Positions 12,334-26,293 of a stretch of 64,000 nt of DNA are shown in pieces (within the stretch, counting starts at the first letter, position 1; the number at the start of each line of letters is the position of its first letter). The notes under the pieces were generated by a model that worked only from the letters and a program-made list of their open reading frames with translations, was not told where the DNA came from and made no database searches. The DNA is from Eledone cirrhosa (taxonomy: Eukaryota): NCBI GenBank assembly GCA_964016885.1, contig OZ024749.1, forward strand, positions 25,358,001 through 25,422,000, given 5' to 3'. The translations under genes and the position numbers were made by a program.

Positions 12334-15300
12334 CTACAGGATGGTATACAGAGAAGGCCCATTTACACGAGCCATTCTCGCCACTATCACCCACCTTTCA
12401 TAAAACTGCCTGTGGCCAAGCACCTCTCTCTCCATTCTTATCCTTCTTCCGAAGTGATATCGGAAGAAGTAGACCAGACTATGGCCAGAGAGGAAGTTGC
12501 CTGACCTCAGACCTTTCAATCGTGTCCACCAAACAACCTCTTTCAACATGGCTATTGCGCACAGAAAAAACGCCTTTGCTTCCTTTGTGAAGAGGGGAGG
12601 CGGTTTGATTGTCATCACGGACTCGGCGGTCAATTTAATCGGCGCCACCCGCGACAGCAGTTGTTCGGCGTAGCCCCACAGATCAGCCACGCCCGGACAT
12701 TGCACCAATGCGTGCGCTACGGTTTCTTCGTGACGCACGCATCTAGGGCAAATCTTTTTTGAGGGATCCCTGCCCGGGCGCCCGTGTCTGTAGAGCCTCT
12801 CTCGAACGGGTAGAGCCCCTCGGTAGCACTGCCAGGCCAGTGACTTCTGGAAGTTGTCCATTGGTCCTGGGCCGAAAGTCCTACCGAACAGGCTGGCCAG
12901 TTCGTCTTCTTCCATGTCCAGCGACTCTCCAAGGGTGTCATCGCCCCTGCTAGCCAACATGAATGATGAGGTGGATTCTCCACCGATGGCCCGGCCCGCT
13001 TGCCAGAGAGCCCTGAGCGCCTGAGCACACTCAGTGTGCCAGTCTCCCAGTTTTCCGGATCTTTGCTTGACCCAGGACTGTAGCTCGGTGAGTGAGACGA
13101 GTCTCGGAAAGGCTCGTTTCACGAACGGAGCCCACACCGGTTGACCAGTGAGGAATACCTGTAGGTGCCGTAGCCTTAATGCGTGCCTACGCATCATCAA
13201 CCACGGCATCCCCAGCCCTCCTTTCGAAGGTTGTTGGCAGCAGATGGATCTTCTCACCATAGGAGGACGCTTCTTCCAAAGAAATTGGAAGAGCATGCGT
13301 TCCATGGTGGTGAGTGTTTCCTTAGGGCAAGGCACGAGTCAGGCGGTAGTAAGTGACGGACGCTATGTAAATGTTCGCCACCTCCGCCCGGCCTTTTAGG
13401 GACAGCTTACACTTGGCCCATTTCTGGGTTAGTGCAAACACCTTGTTCGTAACCTCGTTCCAGTTCTTTTCCACCTGGAGGTCCGGTCCAAACCAGACCC
13501 CAAGCAACTTTACCGGGCCCTCCGTCCAGTGTCCGACGACACCGTCAGGAGGCATCGGTTTGCCTCTCCACGTTCCGAGTTGCAGCCCGATGGATTTTTC
13601 CCGGTTCAGTTTCGCTCCTGACAACCTTTCGTACTCCTCCAGTAAGGTACCGATCGCCTCGATCTCCGAGTCGGTTAATACCATTACTGTTACGTCATCG
13701 GCGTAGGCCGACACCGCTTTGCTCAATCCTGGTTCCAGGGGGATACCCTGCAACAACTCCAACTTCCTCAGTAAAGGCTCGAGAGTCAATACGTACAGAA
13801 GGGAGGAGAGAGGGCACCCCTGTCGAATGGATCGTGTGATTTCGAACGGCTTCGAAAGGTAGCCGTTCACCTTGATCCTAGAACAGATGTGGTTGCTATG
13901 TAGGGCAGTGATCCAGCCTCTGAAAACAGGACCGAACCCAGCCGCCGCTAGCACCGCATCCAGGTAACCATGGTCGACCCTATCGAAGGCCTTAGACTGA
14001 TCCAAGTTGATCAGGGCCCCACCGAAGCCGGGTTTGTTGCCAACCCTCTCTATGATGTATCGCATGAGGTGGAGGTTATCGTGAATGGACCTGGATGGGA
14101 TAGCACATGTCTGCGCATCTCCCACCAGGCCACCCACGACAAGCGCCAACCTCTTTGCTAACACCTTGGCCAAAATCTTTAACTCTGTGTTTAGCAGGGT
14201 TATGGGCCGAAAATTATTTATACTATCCCCCTTGTTCTCGTCCTTCCTCACCAGCGTGACTACGCCCTTGGCTACAGAACAAGGAATTCTCCCGTTCTGC
14301 TGCCAATTGCAGTAGACCGCTTCGAGGAGTTCGGAGAAGAAGACCGGCATTGCTAAATAAAGTTCGTAAGGTATACCATCGAGACCTGGAGATTTGCGTC
14401 TGCTGCATTGGCTCAGCGCATCTCCGATCTCATCAGCCGAGATTGGTCCCTCGCAGGACTCTGCCTCTTTGTTCGAGAGACGCGGCAGGCCGTCGAGGTA
14501 TGGACCGAAATCCACGCCCCGGCCCGGACCCTCGCCTCCCCCGAACAATCGGGCAAAGTGCTTTTGATAGGCCTCGCACATCTGCTTAGGCTCCCGGATC
14601 ACTCGTCCATCTTCGTCTTGCAACGACCGGATGGTGGATCGATTTCCACTTTTAGCTTCTGTCACGCGGGCCCATCCAACGGCTTTGGCCCCCTCATTAC
14701 CTAGAGCACGTATTTTACTTCGAATGACGCAGCCTTCATGCTTTGCATCGAAAAACTGGTTCAAGGCCGTCCTCGATGCCAGCACTCTGGCCACATCTTC
14801 GCTCTTGATTGCCTCTTCTAATTTACCTGTTAATTCTTTCTCGTTTCTATTCCTATTGGCAGCTAACATCTTGCTATAACTTATTGATTCTGTTCTAATC
14901 TCTCTTTTGAGAGATGCCCACCATCGGTTGTTGACGATTGCACCCGTCAACCTCTCCTTAACTAATCTGCTAATCCGGTTTCTGTAAGTCTCTTTTGCCG
15001 GTAAAGACAAATTAAGTTTCCAGTAACCGGGACCCTGTCTATGTGTTTTCTCGAGATTGACCACGCAGGTCACTAATTTGTGATCCGTGTAGCCAACCGT
15101 GCGCATTTCTGGACAGCTTAATATGTCCCTATCCTTACTTCTAACTAAGAATCTATCTAAGTACGATCTAGATTGACCACTGTGGTTTCTCCAAGTCCAG
15201 GTAGGCACATTTGGAAAATCTAGTCGATATCTATCGACCAAGTTAAAACGGTCGAGTAACCCCTTGAGGCTGTTACACCCCCCTCTATTAGGACATGCTC

Positions 15301-15760
15301 CTGCATAGTCCCAACGTGCATCCAGGATGTCATTCCAATCCCCCGCTAGAAGCAGGGAACGCGACGTTCCCAGAAAAGTCTCCAAACGCTGGAAGAAGTC
15401 GGGCCGTTCAGCTCCGAAAGGGGAGTAGACGGCGACCAGTCTCAAGGCCGCACTTTCACTACTGCCAACGTCTAGCACCAACAAACGACCCTCCGGGTCC
15501 GAGTGCACAACCTGTACGGCAAGACCCAGGTGTTTTTGCAGCAGCACGACAACCCCACCCCCACCTCCTGGTTGACAGAGAGATGCATGCACCTCAAAGT
15601 CATCGAAGGTGGGGGCCAGCTGCCGCATGACGCTGATTCGAGTCTCACAGATAACCATTACATTTATACTACATGACCTGAGGTCATTTAGAAGCTTTGC
15701 TTGCTTCCAAGTTGAGCCCAGGCCACGTGCATTCAAACATCCTACTCTTAACACATCCAT
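12334..15760 (-). pseudogene. LINE ORF2 (APE endonuclease + RT + C-terminal zinc finger) with one frameshift near 13335
   Basis: 812-aa ORF (ETR, GDWN, LDRFLV, TDH, PGLDG, LDQSKAFDRVDH, RQGCPLS, YADD) continues in a 333-aa ORF. Comparison with the other copy (YYRLTVVSCP) places a small deletion at the break. Confidence 0.9.
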
Positions 15761-15793
15761 GTGGGCGGCAGAGCCAAAGGAGAGTGTAGAGAC

Positions 15794-17694
15794 CTACCTT
15801 TCCGCTTCCCGGGGTTCGGGTTGCACGACTTCCATGGGGTCGGGGGTGTTTGGTGAAGGGGTGTCTTGTGGTGGTGTGGGGTCGTCAGTGTGTGGTGGGG
15901 TTGGGGTGTTTGGAGTTGTGTTGGGGAGGGGAAGGGGAGGGGGAAAGCTTTTTAGTAGGACGCGGTTTATGGGTTTGACAGAGGGTGGTCCTACGTCCTC
16001 CTTAAAATCCTTTTTTAGTTTTTGGTAGAGGTTCATTGGGATTTTTATTAGTTTTAAATGTGGGTGGTTTTCTGACGAAACAAAGTTTACACCTTCGGTT
16101 TGTACCGAAGGATTATTGTATATGAGTTCATTTAATTTATTATTGTTTCTGTTGATGTAAGTATAGTGTAATGTCTTTTTTTCCGATGGTGTGAGTGTTT
16201 CGAAGAGAGGAGGGCAGGTTTGGTTTTGTTTGTTGCTGGAGGGGTGTTTTCTGTTTTGTTAGATTGTGTTGCGATTTGGGTGGGGGTTGTTTGTCCTTGT
16301 GTGTTTTGCACATGTTTTCTTTTTTTCCTTTTAATCTGTCTGAAGGACTCCGTTTCTTCCTCCGAATTCGTTGGGTTATCTTCAGTGTTGGGGGGAAGAG
16401 GTATGTTTGCTGGTAATGTTTCCGTGTTGGTTTTCTTTGTGGGGGAGATGGATGTCACTATGTTAGACTGTGTTGTGTGTTGTGTCTGCGGTGGTTGTGT
16501 TGTTTTATTGAGTGAGAGGTTGGGTGGGCCTGTATTTTGTTTTGGGGTAATGTGTTGTGACTGTTTGTGTTGTGGTGGTGTTGTGGTGTTACTGTGGGAC
16601 GGGTTGGGTGGGACTGAGTTTTGTTGTTTGTTTATCTGTTGTGGTGGTGGTGGTGGAGCTGGTGTTGGTAGCAGGGTTTTCTTTTTGTTGAGTTGGGGAC
16701 AAGCGGCCTTCAGGTGCCCTCTGCCTGCACAGATATGGCAGGACGGCCTTCTCCCCTCCACGCTAATGTTTATATACCCGTGGTCCTCTAATAGGATTCT
16801 GTCGGGTATTTGGGCGATGCGTTCAGGCTTCATTTGTACTACCAGCTCTATACCTGTTCCACTGAACGCATTGCCTGTGGTTTTCCCAATGGAAATCACG
16901 TTGTCATTCACTGGATCGATGAAGCCAGCTATGAGCCAGCAGTAGTCCACATCTGGCATCATTGCATCCAGCCATATGCGTTGAGTTTTTTTTCCCATAT
17001 AAGATGGATAAAAGGTGAAATTTTTCGAACGAATCGGTGACAAAGCACATTTTTTTGCCGCCGATTCGTTCTTCATGATAATTGCTAGGCTTCCATACAG
17101 TCTGTCTTTTCTTATGAAAGTTGTTTCATTCAGTACTTCTGTGAGTACTGTTTTGATATCTGCTTGAGAAGGCTGTTCAGGTTTTTTTGTACTGTTGTTG
17201 ATGGTCCGAAACTTGACCGTTCGGCTTTCAATGTCTTTCGTGAATTCTTGAGGCATTTTTACCAATAAAATACCATTCTCACCTTCACTTATGTATTGTT
17301 TTGCGTCCGTGATCCTTCGTACCACATCTGAAATGTTTTCCGCTATATAAGTCAAAGATTTCTTTGTTTTCTGTGCAAATGAAATCTTGTCGTCTGCTTT
17401 GTTTTCTGATATGATGTTATTTTCAACTGTTATTTTTTTGTTTGTTGTGTCTTTGTTTGTGTTATTAGTATTGTCATGCAATTTTTCAAATTTTTTTTTT
17501 TCGTTGTTGGAATCCAAGTCTAGATTTATGTTTTCGTCATTTAATTTTTTCTCCGCAGATTCGTCCGTTTTTATTTTCATTTTTCCTTCCTTCTCTATGA
17601 CGTTAGTTGGGAAGGAAGGGAGGACTAAAGCGTGCGAGCTTACAACTCTAACCGCTGTCCCCCCACCACTATTTTCGTTCGCTGCGTTTAACAT
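15794..17694 (-). CDS. LINE ORF1 (gag-like, CCHC zinc knuckle, Pro/Thr-rich tail) with a probable 1-nt frameshift in the A-run near 16180
   Basis: SVEGRRPSCHICAGRGHLKAAC. After the A7 run the alternative frame reads without a stop into the 15794-16036 ORF. Confidence 0.8.
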
Positions 17695-17930
17695 TTCTGT
17701 TAGACGATTGAAATTTTTTACACAAAATTTTTTAAAACAGGTTTTTCACCTCTAGGAGGGGTAAAGATGAGCTGACCCACCGCCTGACAGTTCAGACGGA
17801 GGGTCAAGCTACACAATTGTATCAAAATTAAGTTTGAACTCACAAAATTTCCTCAATAAATTTGAACAAAACTTCTGTGCGAAGTGAATGACATCCACAC
17901 TGTAGAACAGACGACAGCTAGATCATATAT

Positions 17931-17982
<52 letters not shown>

Positions 17983-18357
17983 CTAAAGAAAGAAAGAAAC
18001 AGGTGTTCCTACAAGAAACAACGAAATCAAAATAATAATAAAATAGGAAAAATATGAAAAATATATTTTTTTACTGTGAAGTCCAACAATGAGAAACAAT
18101 ACAGAGAAGCAGCTGATTAGAAAATCTACAAGAATACATACAGGAATACATACAGTTAAAATATAGAAAGAAATACAATACATACCCACATATATAATAA
18201 TAACGCCATATATAATACAATGGAGGAATTTATGACAGACAGAACATAAAATGGCGGAATTTTAAAATTTAATAATAAGTCACAGATTCATTCACCATTT
18301 TAATATAATTGCTGCTAATATCCTGTTGATTTTTCTTGGTTGTTACTGCTGCTGCTC

Positions 18358-18750
18358 TGGCAGCGAATTGGCCGATTCGTTAGAACTACGGATAGCATGC
18401 TTTATTGTATTCTTTCCGGCTCTGTGGGGTCAAATTTACCTTTCACCCTTTCGAGGTCGATATAAAAGTATCAGTCTAGACCTGGGGCCTGTTCTTCTTC
18501 TATATCTCTTTCTCATTTCCTTTCTATCTGTTGAGGTCAATAAAAAATGTATCAGTCCAGTATTGAGGTCGATTCTTCCTCTATATCTCTTTCTCATTTC
18601 CTCTCTTACACTTTCCATCTTTCTGTGGATAAAATCTGCTGAGGTTAGCTTTGCCTTTCACTTTTACGGGGTCGATAAAATAAAGTACCAGTCATGAACT
18701 GGGGAATATTTAATCAACCTTCCCCTGGCCGTGGGCAACCATTAAAAATC
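18358..18750 (+). mobile_element. Degenerate tRNA-derived Nin-domain SINE copies
   Basis: gcctttcac..tacggggtcgataaaataaagtaccag core, matching the copies at 29.1-29.8 kb and 56.2-56.8 kb. Confidence 0.65.
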
Positions 18751-18945
18751 ATTGCTGATGATGATGATCATCATGATTATGATGACGACGATCCCGTTTA
18801 TCGTACGTTAGATATTGGTTAGCAATTCAATTAAAGTCTGCAAGACAGGGACATTTTTGTCGGTCGCCATATTACTTAGAACATATACACAATTGCTAGA
18901 CATTCCTGTTAAAATAACATTTTATATAATACAATCTTCTAATCA

Positions 18946-19017
<72 letters not shown>

Positions 19018-19176
19018 CTGTGTGTGTGTGTGTATATATAGACATATTTATGTATATATATATATATATATATATGTATTATGTATATGTATATTCACAT
19101 ACATATACATATATATACATGATATATATATGTATATATATGTATATGTATGTATATACATATCTCTCTCTCTCTC

Positions 19177-19270
<94 letters not shown>

Positions 19271-19930
19271 CATACATATAATTCACCATTCTCTTAAAAT
19301 ATTTTGTTTCTTACATCTTTTATATATCAGTCTTTTCTTAATTAAGCGTCTTCCTTTTTAGAGAAAATTTAGAAATAGTCAGTGCAAGCTAACAAAAAAA
19401 AATATATGTCTACACCATTATAATATACTAGCAAAAATAATATACTTATTTTTAATATTAATAAACTAATTTTTATGTTGTAGAAAATGCTCATGAGATT
19501 CTATCGTCTGTTATATATATAATGAGTTTAAAAGAAAAAAACCTCACTTTATTTTCACAATCAAAACAACTACAGATATGTATCAAAAATGACTGTCTTT
19601 TATATTTATAAGTAGCTTAATAATCACGTGACGCATTAATGTATCAAGAAACAAAAACGAATTGTTTAATACAGGCGGGAAGGCGACGGAAAATATAAGA
19701 TGTGGAATTTTGTTACTGAGATTAGATTCTTCTTTTCTATGTTTTCAAATCTCAAGTGAATTGATCACAAATTTTACTTTTTCATATGTCTGCTCATTCT
19801 TGAGTATTAGTTTTAACTCATATTGAGTCAGTTTTAACTCATTGAGTCCTCCTCGCTCAATATATTTGATCTAGGTAATTATGTCAGGATTCAATTTTTT
19901 TTTATATTAAAATATTCTCTCTTCGCAACG

Positions 19931-21121
19931 TAGAACTCGCTATCATAAAATTGTGAACTTAACACCCTAAGGACTAACCAAATGTCACAATCATAACAAA
20001 GCATACATAAAGACACAAAAGTATATGTTGTTTTTTTTTGTCTCATTTTTCTTCTTTTTTTTTCTATTATTAGGACAGCATTATTATCCACATTCATGTT
20101 GCACGTCGGATTTGAACTCCGAATGTAAAAACCGTAGCAACTACCGCTTGGCTTTTCTACATTTCTAGATTTCATAGCGAGAGATTCTTAAAACAATCAT
20201 TTCAAATTATTTGAACCAATCTCATGTAACCTCATATATAATGCAATTGAGATACCATTTACTGTTTAAACACAAATCATGGAAATGTGTTGTACACTTG
20301 TAGGTTTCGAGATTGATTGTTTAATAACAACCAAACAATTTGATATTATTTATTCAAAAGCAAAAAACAAACCTTATTTAGTAAGAAAAATATAAAACAG
20401 GGGAAACAAAAGGAAAGGAAGAATAAGGAAATATAGAAAAAAAAAGAGAGAAAGAAGGAAGAAAACCAACGGGAAATACTTGGGGGATACCAAGAGCTCT
20501 GGTGTCGCAGAAGAGAGCGAGGGGGTGGGGGAGTTTGATGGGGTTTTAGGCCTGGGGCAAGGGGGCAGGAGTGCTGCTCCCCACGGAAAAGACGGCAAAA
20601 GCATTCCCCCAGGCGATAGCCAGTGACACCAGCTGCAACGGCTACCGAACCTCGCAGGACCCCCCCCCCCCCCCCTTCGACGGGCCGCCGATGCTTCAGT
20701 CTTGCAGAGGAGCTCGGTTGTATGGAGTCCAAGTACGCGTGAGGTCTCGACGGCGACCGGTGCGAAGATGAGGCGGCCGCACATAGCCCAGTATTTGTTT
20801 ATTTTACATTCTTTTGCTAGGAAAGTAAAATCAACGTAAAAGCGGCTGAGCAATCTAAAAGAAATCGTGCCATTGAGGATATTTCTCAAAGTTAACCAGC
20901 GTGACATAATACATGAGAATGATAGCCTTATATGTTAGACGTTCAAACCATTTTTAACACCATTTTAAGTGGACTGAGGAAACGGGGAAAATATATCTTT
21001 CACGATCAATGTACATAACACATCGACATCAATAGAACTCGCTATCATAAAATTGTGAACCTAACACCCTAAGGACTAACCAAATGTCACAATCATAACA
21101 AAGCATACATAAAGACACAAA
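19931..21121 (+). repeat. About 90-bp direct repeat (19931-20019 / 21033-21121) bracketing about 1 kb that contains a GC-rich island
   Basis: tagaactcgctatcataaaattgtgaac...catacataaagacacaaa occurs twice, nearly identical. Confidence 0.85.
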
Positions 21122-21499
21122 CGATATACGTATGCAGAATAATTCTAATGATGCATTTATAAATATATACATACATATTTCTGGCAAATGGGACTGAATA
21201 ATAAACACAAACTTAATAATGTAATAGATATTTTAAAAGATTTAACATTCAAGAAAACAAACCGAGAACAATTGTTTCACCTTCGCGGATCTTCAACTCG
21301 GGATGTGTATGGTTATATGAACAGGAAGGACAACAGTACGAACGCGCATGCGCAGAAACTCGGTCACTTCACACAGGCAATACTAGACTGCGTGTGGGAG
21401 GTGTAAGGGAGATAACTGCGAAAGTCCGGAATGTTTTTAGGTTGAAAATAAAATAAAAAAATTAAAAATAAAATTACGAAGAATCAATCGGGAGCCTTG

Positions 21500-22490
21500 T
21501 AGTTATGCAATAGATGTTTGGTGACTTGTGGACAACGTGTGAAAAATTCACTCCTCGTGTTTAGGAAATCACTATTGCGTAATCTTTTTAGGATAGTTAT
21601 TCGTTCGTCAATACATAAGCCACACGTCGGATTTCCCCTTGCGTATGGCTTGGACTTAGTGATGGCTTTCCATTGAATGTAGTAGCCTATACTTGAGTCC
21701 TTGAGGGACCATACTTAACTCGCGAGTTTCGTGGATGAACGTCTGTCCGGGTATCTGAATGTAGACTGGTGGTTCAGGAAACGCTCCTTGAATCGGCCCT
21801 CCGCCATACCCACATAGGATTTGACCTCCTGTGGTTCGTTTGGTCGGTTGGAAGTGACCACAGCTACATAGATTACAGCTGGTGTGTTGCATTGCTGTTG
21901 AGGGGGGCAAACTTCAGGTTTACGGCGAGAGCACCTTGGTGGGGTGTTGCTCCTAGGGCTGCTGGTGATGTGGGCCTTCATGTTCTTAGCGCAGGAGTAT
22001 CCTAGTTTAACTTTGCGTCGGTTAAAGATGAAGCGGTATATATGACATATGGGGAAGTGTCTATCTAAGAGGGCTAGAAATATTTTTCCTACATTGGTTT
22101 TAACGTTGAGTGAGAAAGGAGGAGAGAACCAGATAGTTTGTCTATTGATGCGCTTACTTTTCTGAATGGTGTTGTTGCTAGTGGGAGAGTAGGTGATAAG
22201 TTGTGAGAAGCCGCTGTTAGCCAGCGCCGTGTTATAGTAGGGTGCCGCCCTGTCAAAGATGGCCTTATTAGATGAGAGGGTCGAGATTCTAGTACTGGTA
22301 TTCTTAACGAAGTTTCTAAAAACAGTGGGAGGGTGGCATAATTGTGAACGTAATTAAGTTTCTCGTTTACCTTATGGAAGGGTCTGTGGGTGTGGGTGCG
22401 AAGGTCTAAATTAATGTCTAAGAAATCTACGCTAGAGAGGCTGATGGCTACTGTTATCTTAAGGCCTAACTCATTGAAGGTAGAAGCTAA
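21500..22490 (-). mobile_element. Degenerate Naiad-like PLE fragment (RT thumb + GIY-YIG)
   Basis: Frameshifted pieces [51 protein letters not shown]. Similar in type to the 60.5-62.4 kb element. Confidence 0.85.
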
Positions 22491-22506
22491 GATATATATA
22501 TATATC

Positions 22507-22583
<77 letters not shown>

Positions 22584-22589
22584 ATATAT

Positions 22590-22625
<36 letters not shown>

Positions 22626-22643
22626 ATAAATATATATATCCAT

Positions 22644-22739
<96 letters not shown>

Positions 22740-23501
22740 ATATATATATATATGTAGTGCGAACAGTTTTGGTTCGCGTGATCCCTTTTATTGTATATTT
22801 CGTGATTTCATTATTAATCCTGTACATTCAGTTCGAAACAATAAAGTTCCTCCTACTTCCATCTATATTTCTAAAACAACATGCTCATATCTTCCACATG
22901 AATTCATTTTTATAGTATTTTTTCATTGCTTCCTTTATGTAGCCGGCAAACATCACAGGCAATGTCGTTAACTGTTTATAAGTGCAACGTTCGATTCTGA
23001 ATATGTATTCAGTTAACTAAGCTGTTTTCAGTTAACTAAGGTGTTTTTTTTTTGTTTTGTTATTTTTGCTTTTTGTTTATACTGTTGTTATATTATTTAT
23101 CCTTTTTTTCGTTTCATATAATTTCATCAAGTAACTATCGTTTGTTTATTACAAGGTTGCTGTATATATGTATTAATATTAATGTATTTTGTTAATAATC
23201 ATTTCAAGTGAGGAAGACTGCACTGGGAATGACAGCAGAAAAAAAACTCTGATGAACCAAAGTAATTTATTATGGCAAACATGATGTGCTAATGAGGAAA
23301 TGCGTTAAAAAATATTAATAATAAAAGATGAAAGACAGGCATAATCATTTTTCTTTCTCCCACATTACGTGACTGATTGATTGAAAACAGCATTCCAAAT
23401 ATATAGAATTGTGTGTAGCGGCGTACAGTACATGAAGCTATAAACGTGCATAACATATGCAATATGTCTCTGTGTATATTAAGCATCCACTTAACTGCTC
23501 T

Positions 23502-23599
<98 letters not shown>

Positions 23600-23602
23600 C
23601 TC

Positions 23603-23669
<67 letters not shown>

Positions 23670-23699
23670 TTGTGATGTGTGTGTATGTACAACTTGAAC

Positions 23700-23990
23700 G
23701 GAAACGGCAGAGTAAACAACACAGTACATTGAAGAAAAATATTAGTTTAACGCTTTATATAGTAGGAAACGATTCTTTAGGTTTCGGATATTGATCGTTC
23801 ATCAGATAAGGGAATGAGAAATAATACATGACCTAGAAAGATTGAGAATGTTAAGAGGAAGGAGCGGAAACACATTACATTTTAGAAAAAGCACGTGTGT
23901 ATTCAGCAAACAAATTTGGAGGGATCAATCTTTAAACTAATATATTTATTCATCATAATATCTTGTTTAATTTGTTGTATCGTTGTTTCC
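23700..23990 (-). mobile_element. pLTR remnant with a degenerate hammerhead (23775-23810); same family as 37130-37340 (+) and 45550-45760 (-)
   Basis: Reverse complement reads CTGATGA acgat-caat-atcc GAAA c..aag, followed by the shared aagcgttaa segment. Confidence 0.5.
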
Positions 23991-24177
23991 GTTTAATTAC
24001 TCACACACGCACACATACACACATAAACAGACACAAACATCTCTTTGTATATATTTACGTATGTGACTAGTATGTATGCATGTATGTGAATACATATATG
24101 TAATATGTCTGCATGTGTGTATGTATGGTTGTATAATTTCGTGTGTCACTTAGTATCTTAATTTTATATATATATAT

Positions 24178-24235
<58 letters not shown>

Positions 24236-24236
<1 letters not shown>

Positions 24237-25340
24237 CGGCGATGAATTAGTTTTGCGAGGTTTTTTATATGAAATCGTGTGTCGAAACAGATATTGTTAT
24301 ATTTGGGGAGGGTCATATTTGCGTAATATTGCCAGAATTAATAACAGAACACACTCACTGTTTGGTTGGTTTTCGCTTCTCGCTGTCTTTTATATATATA
24401 TATCTGCGATCTAACTTACTCGGTCCTCAATGTTGCCATTGACTGACCGGCGGTCAAAAATAATACAGATACAATATAGACACAAACACATATATATAGT
24501 TTACATAATTTACATAAATCTTTCGTTGCACATCTGCAACATCGTCAGTGGTGTTATATTCATTGTTCCTCCTGTTGTGTTGTATGTCTACGCCATTTTT
24601 TTTTTGTTCAGTCTGTCTATATATTTATTTATTTATTTGCTTGTTTGTTTATCTTATTTTATTTTGTCTTCTTTGCGCATGCGTTTTCGTGTGTGTATAG
24701 TGTTATGTGTGATGTGTGACTAGTGTGTATAGTGTTGTGTCTGCTGGGTGACTAGTGTGTGTTTATGTGCTTGTGTATGTATTTATTTATCTTATTTTAT
24801 TTTATTTTATTTACTTATTTATACTTCTCTTAGGTCAGTGTTGTTTGTTTGGGTGTTGTTGTTGTTCCACTCATTCTTTCTGTTTAGCTTTGGTCTTCTA
24901 ATTTCTATTTCACTGGCCTCTCTGATTTGCCTATCTGCTGGGTCATTCCTATGTTTAGATATTATTCTAATTTCTATGTTGTCTATGTTACCGTCGTGTT
25001 GTTGTCTAGCATGTTCGTATAGTACTGACCCGTTTTTTCGTCCTTTTAGTTCCCCCCAGTGTTGGTCTATCCTTTCACCTATGCTACGAGCTGTCTCACC
25101 TATGTATGTTGTTGTCATGTTTCTGCAAGTACCCTCTGTACATCTTATGCTATAGACTACGTTTCTGGTTTTACAGTTTATCCGGGGGTTCACCTTACAT
25201 ATGATACATTTCCTATTAGTACAGTGGGTTTTCTTAAAAGGGTAGGTTTTGCGAGAAGCGAAAACCAACCAAACAGTGAGTGTGTTCTGTTATTAATTCT
25301 GGCAATATTACGCAAATATGACCCTCCCCAAATATAACAA
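24236..25340 (-). mobile_element. Truncated copy of the 1.5-7.6 kb PLE (GIY-YIG + pLTR + tail) with an inverted tail-less pLTR piece at 25251-25340
   Basis: Near identical to 1524-2473 and to the tail at 7571-7625; flanked by (TA)n. Confidence 0.92.
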
Positions 25341-25851
25341 TATATATATATATATATAAATACAATATCGGAGAAAGCTTTTTAGCGATACTCCGGCCAA
25401 ATTCCAACTCACTCAACAAACATTAGGAAATAAGTGATTATATTCCCAATTATGTGTTCGGGGTGCTAACTAAAAGTATTGCGTGGAAAATTGGCTGTAT
25501 TATTTCAAATGAGACATATCTAATATATCTCTTCCCAGACGGACGTCCCGTTTCATTATAGGACTCCTACAATTTGGGTGAAATTATACCAGTTTATGTA
25601 GGAGCTTGTATACCATCAATAGATATATATTCAAGTGGGCTCCTATAATTCATCAGTGGGTGCCCCGATAATACTAATATTGATAATCTAACCAACATCA
25701 GCATTTAGCGATAATCACTTTCTGTGCCTGAGGTATCTGTCAGGTAGCCAGTCCAGCAGTTCTGAGAGAAGTGCTCGAACTGATTCAAAAAATGAGGAAT
25801 GAGCATGCTCTTATCTTCTAGAGATGTACTTCCGCTTTTGAAGCACCTATA

Positions 25852-26293
25852 CAATGAGATTAAATAAATGGAAATTATATTTATAAAACCATATTTATTT
25901 TATTATATATATTTCAAGGGTACCAAGACAACATTGGTACGCTTTCATCAGATAAAAAATACAAAGTTTGTTTTACAAATAGAGACATACCCATGAAAAT
26001 CATACCTTATCGGTTGGAAATTCCCTGGATAGTTTCCTACCGATAAGGTATGATGTTCATGGGTATGTCTCTATTTATAAAACAAACTTTGTATTTTATC
26101 TGATGAAAGCGTACCAATGTTGTTTTGTTACCCTTGATATATATATATAATAAAATAAATATAGTTTTATAAATATAGTTTCCATTTATTTAATCTCATT
26201 GAATATTTACTCCAGTAACTGTTGAGTGCTCTAAATCACTTATAAACATTTATGTTTGTCGGACTTCCAACAAATTAAATACCACTTCTACTT
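25852..26293. mobile_element. Fold-back pLTR element with a hammerhead in both arms and a right-hand tail
   Basis: Arms at about 25852-26020 and 26030-26201. The same family occurs at 41595-41835 and a relative at 28475-28866. Confidence 0.85.
25896..25957 (-). ncRNA. Minimal type I hammerhead ribozyme
   Basis: Reverse complement: TTTTAT CTGATGA aagcGTACCAA-tgttgtc-TTGGTACcctt GAAA TATATA TA ATAAAA. The plus-arm copy (26092-26157) has GAAA changed to GATA. Confidence 0.8.

Larger units (their letters stand above)
12118..17918 (-). mobile_element. Near full-length L1/Tx1-clade LINE flanked on both sides by (GATA)n
   Basis: 5'UTR, ORF1, ORF2 and a 3'UTR with AATAAA. (GATA)n lies at about 12078-12116 and 17932-17982. 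Confidence 0.93.

Noticed and set aside
16174-16186. Possible programmed frameshift in LINE ORF1
   Set aside because: The A7 run is not in canonical X XXY YYZ phase; a homopolymer error or mutation is more likely.
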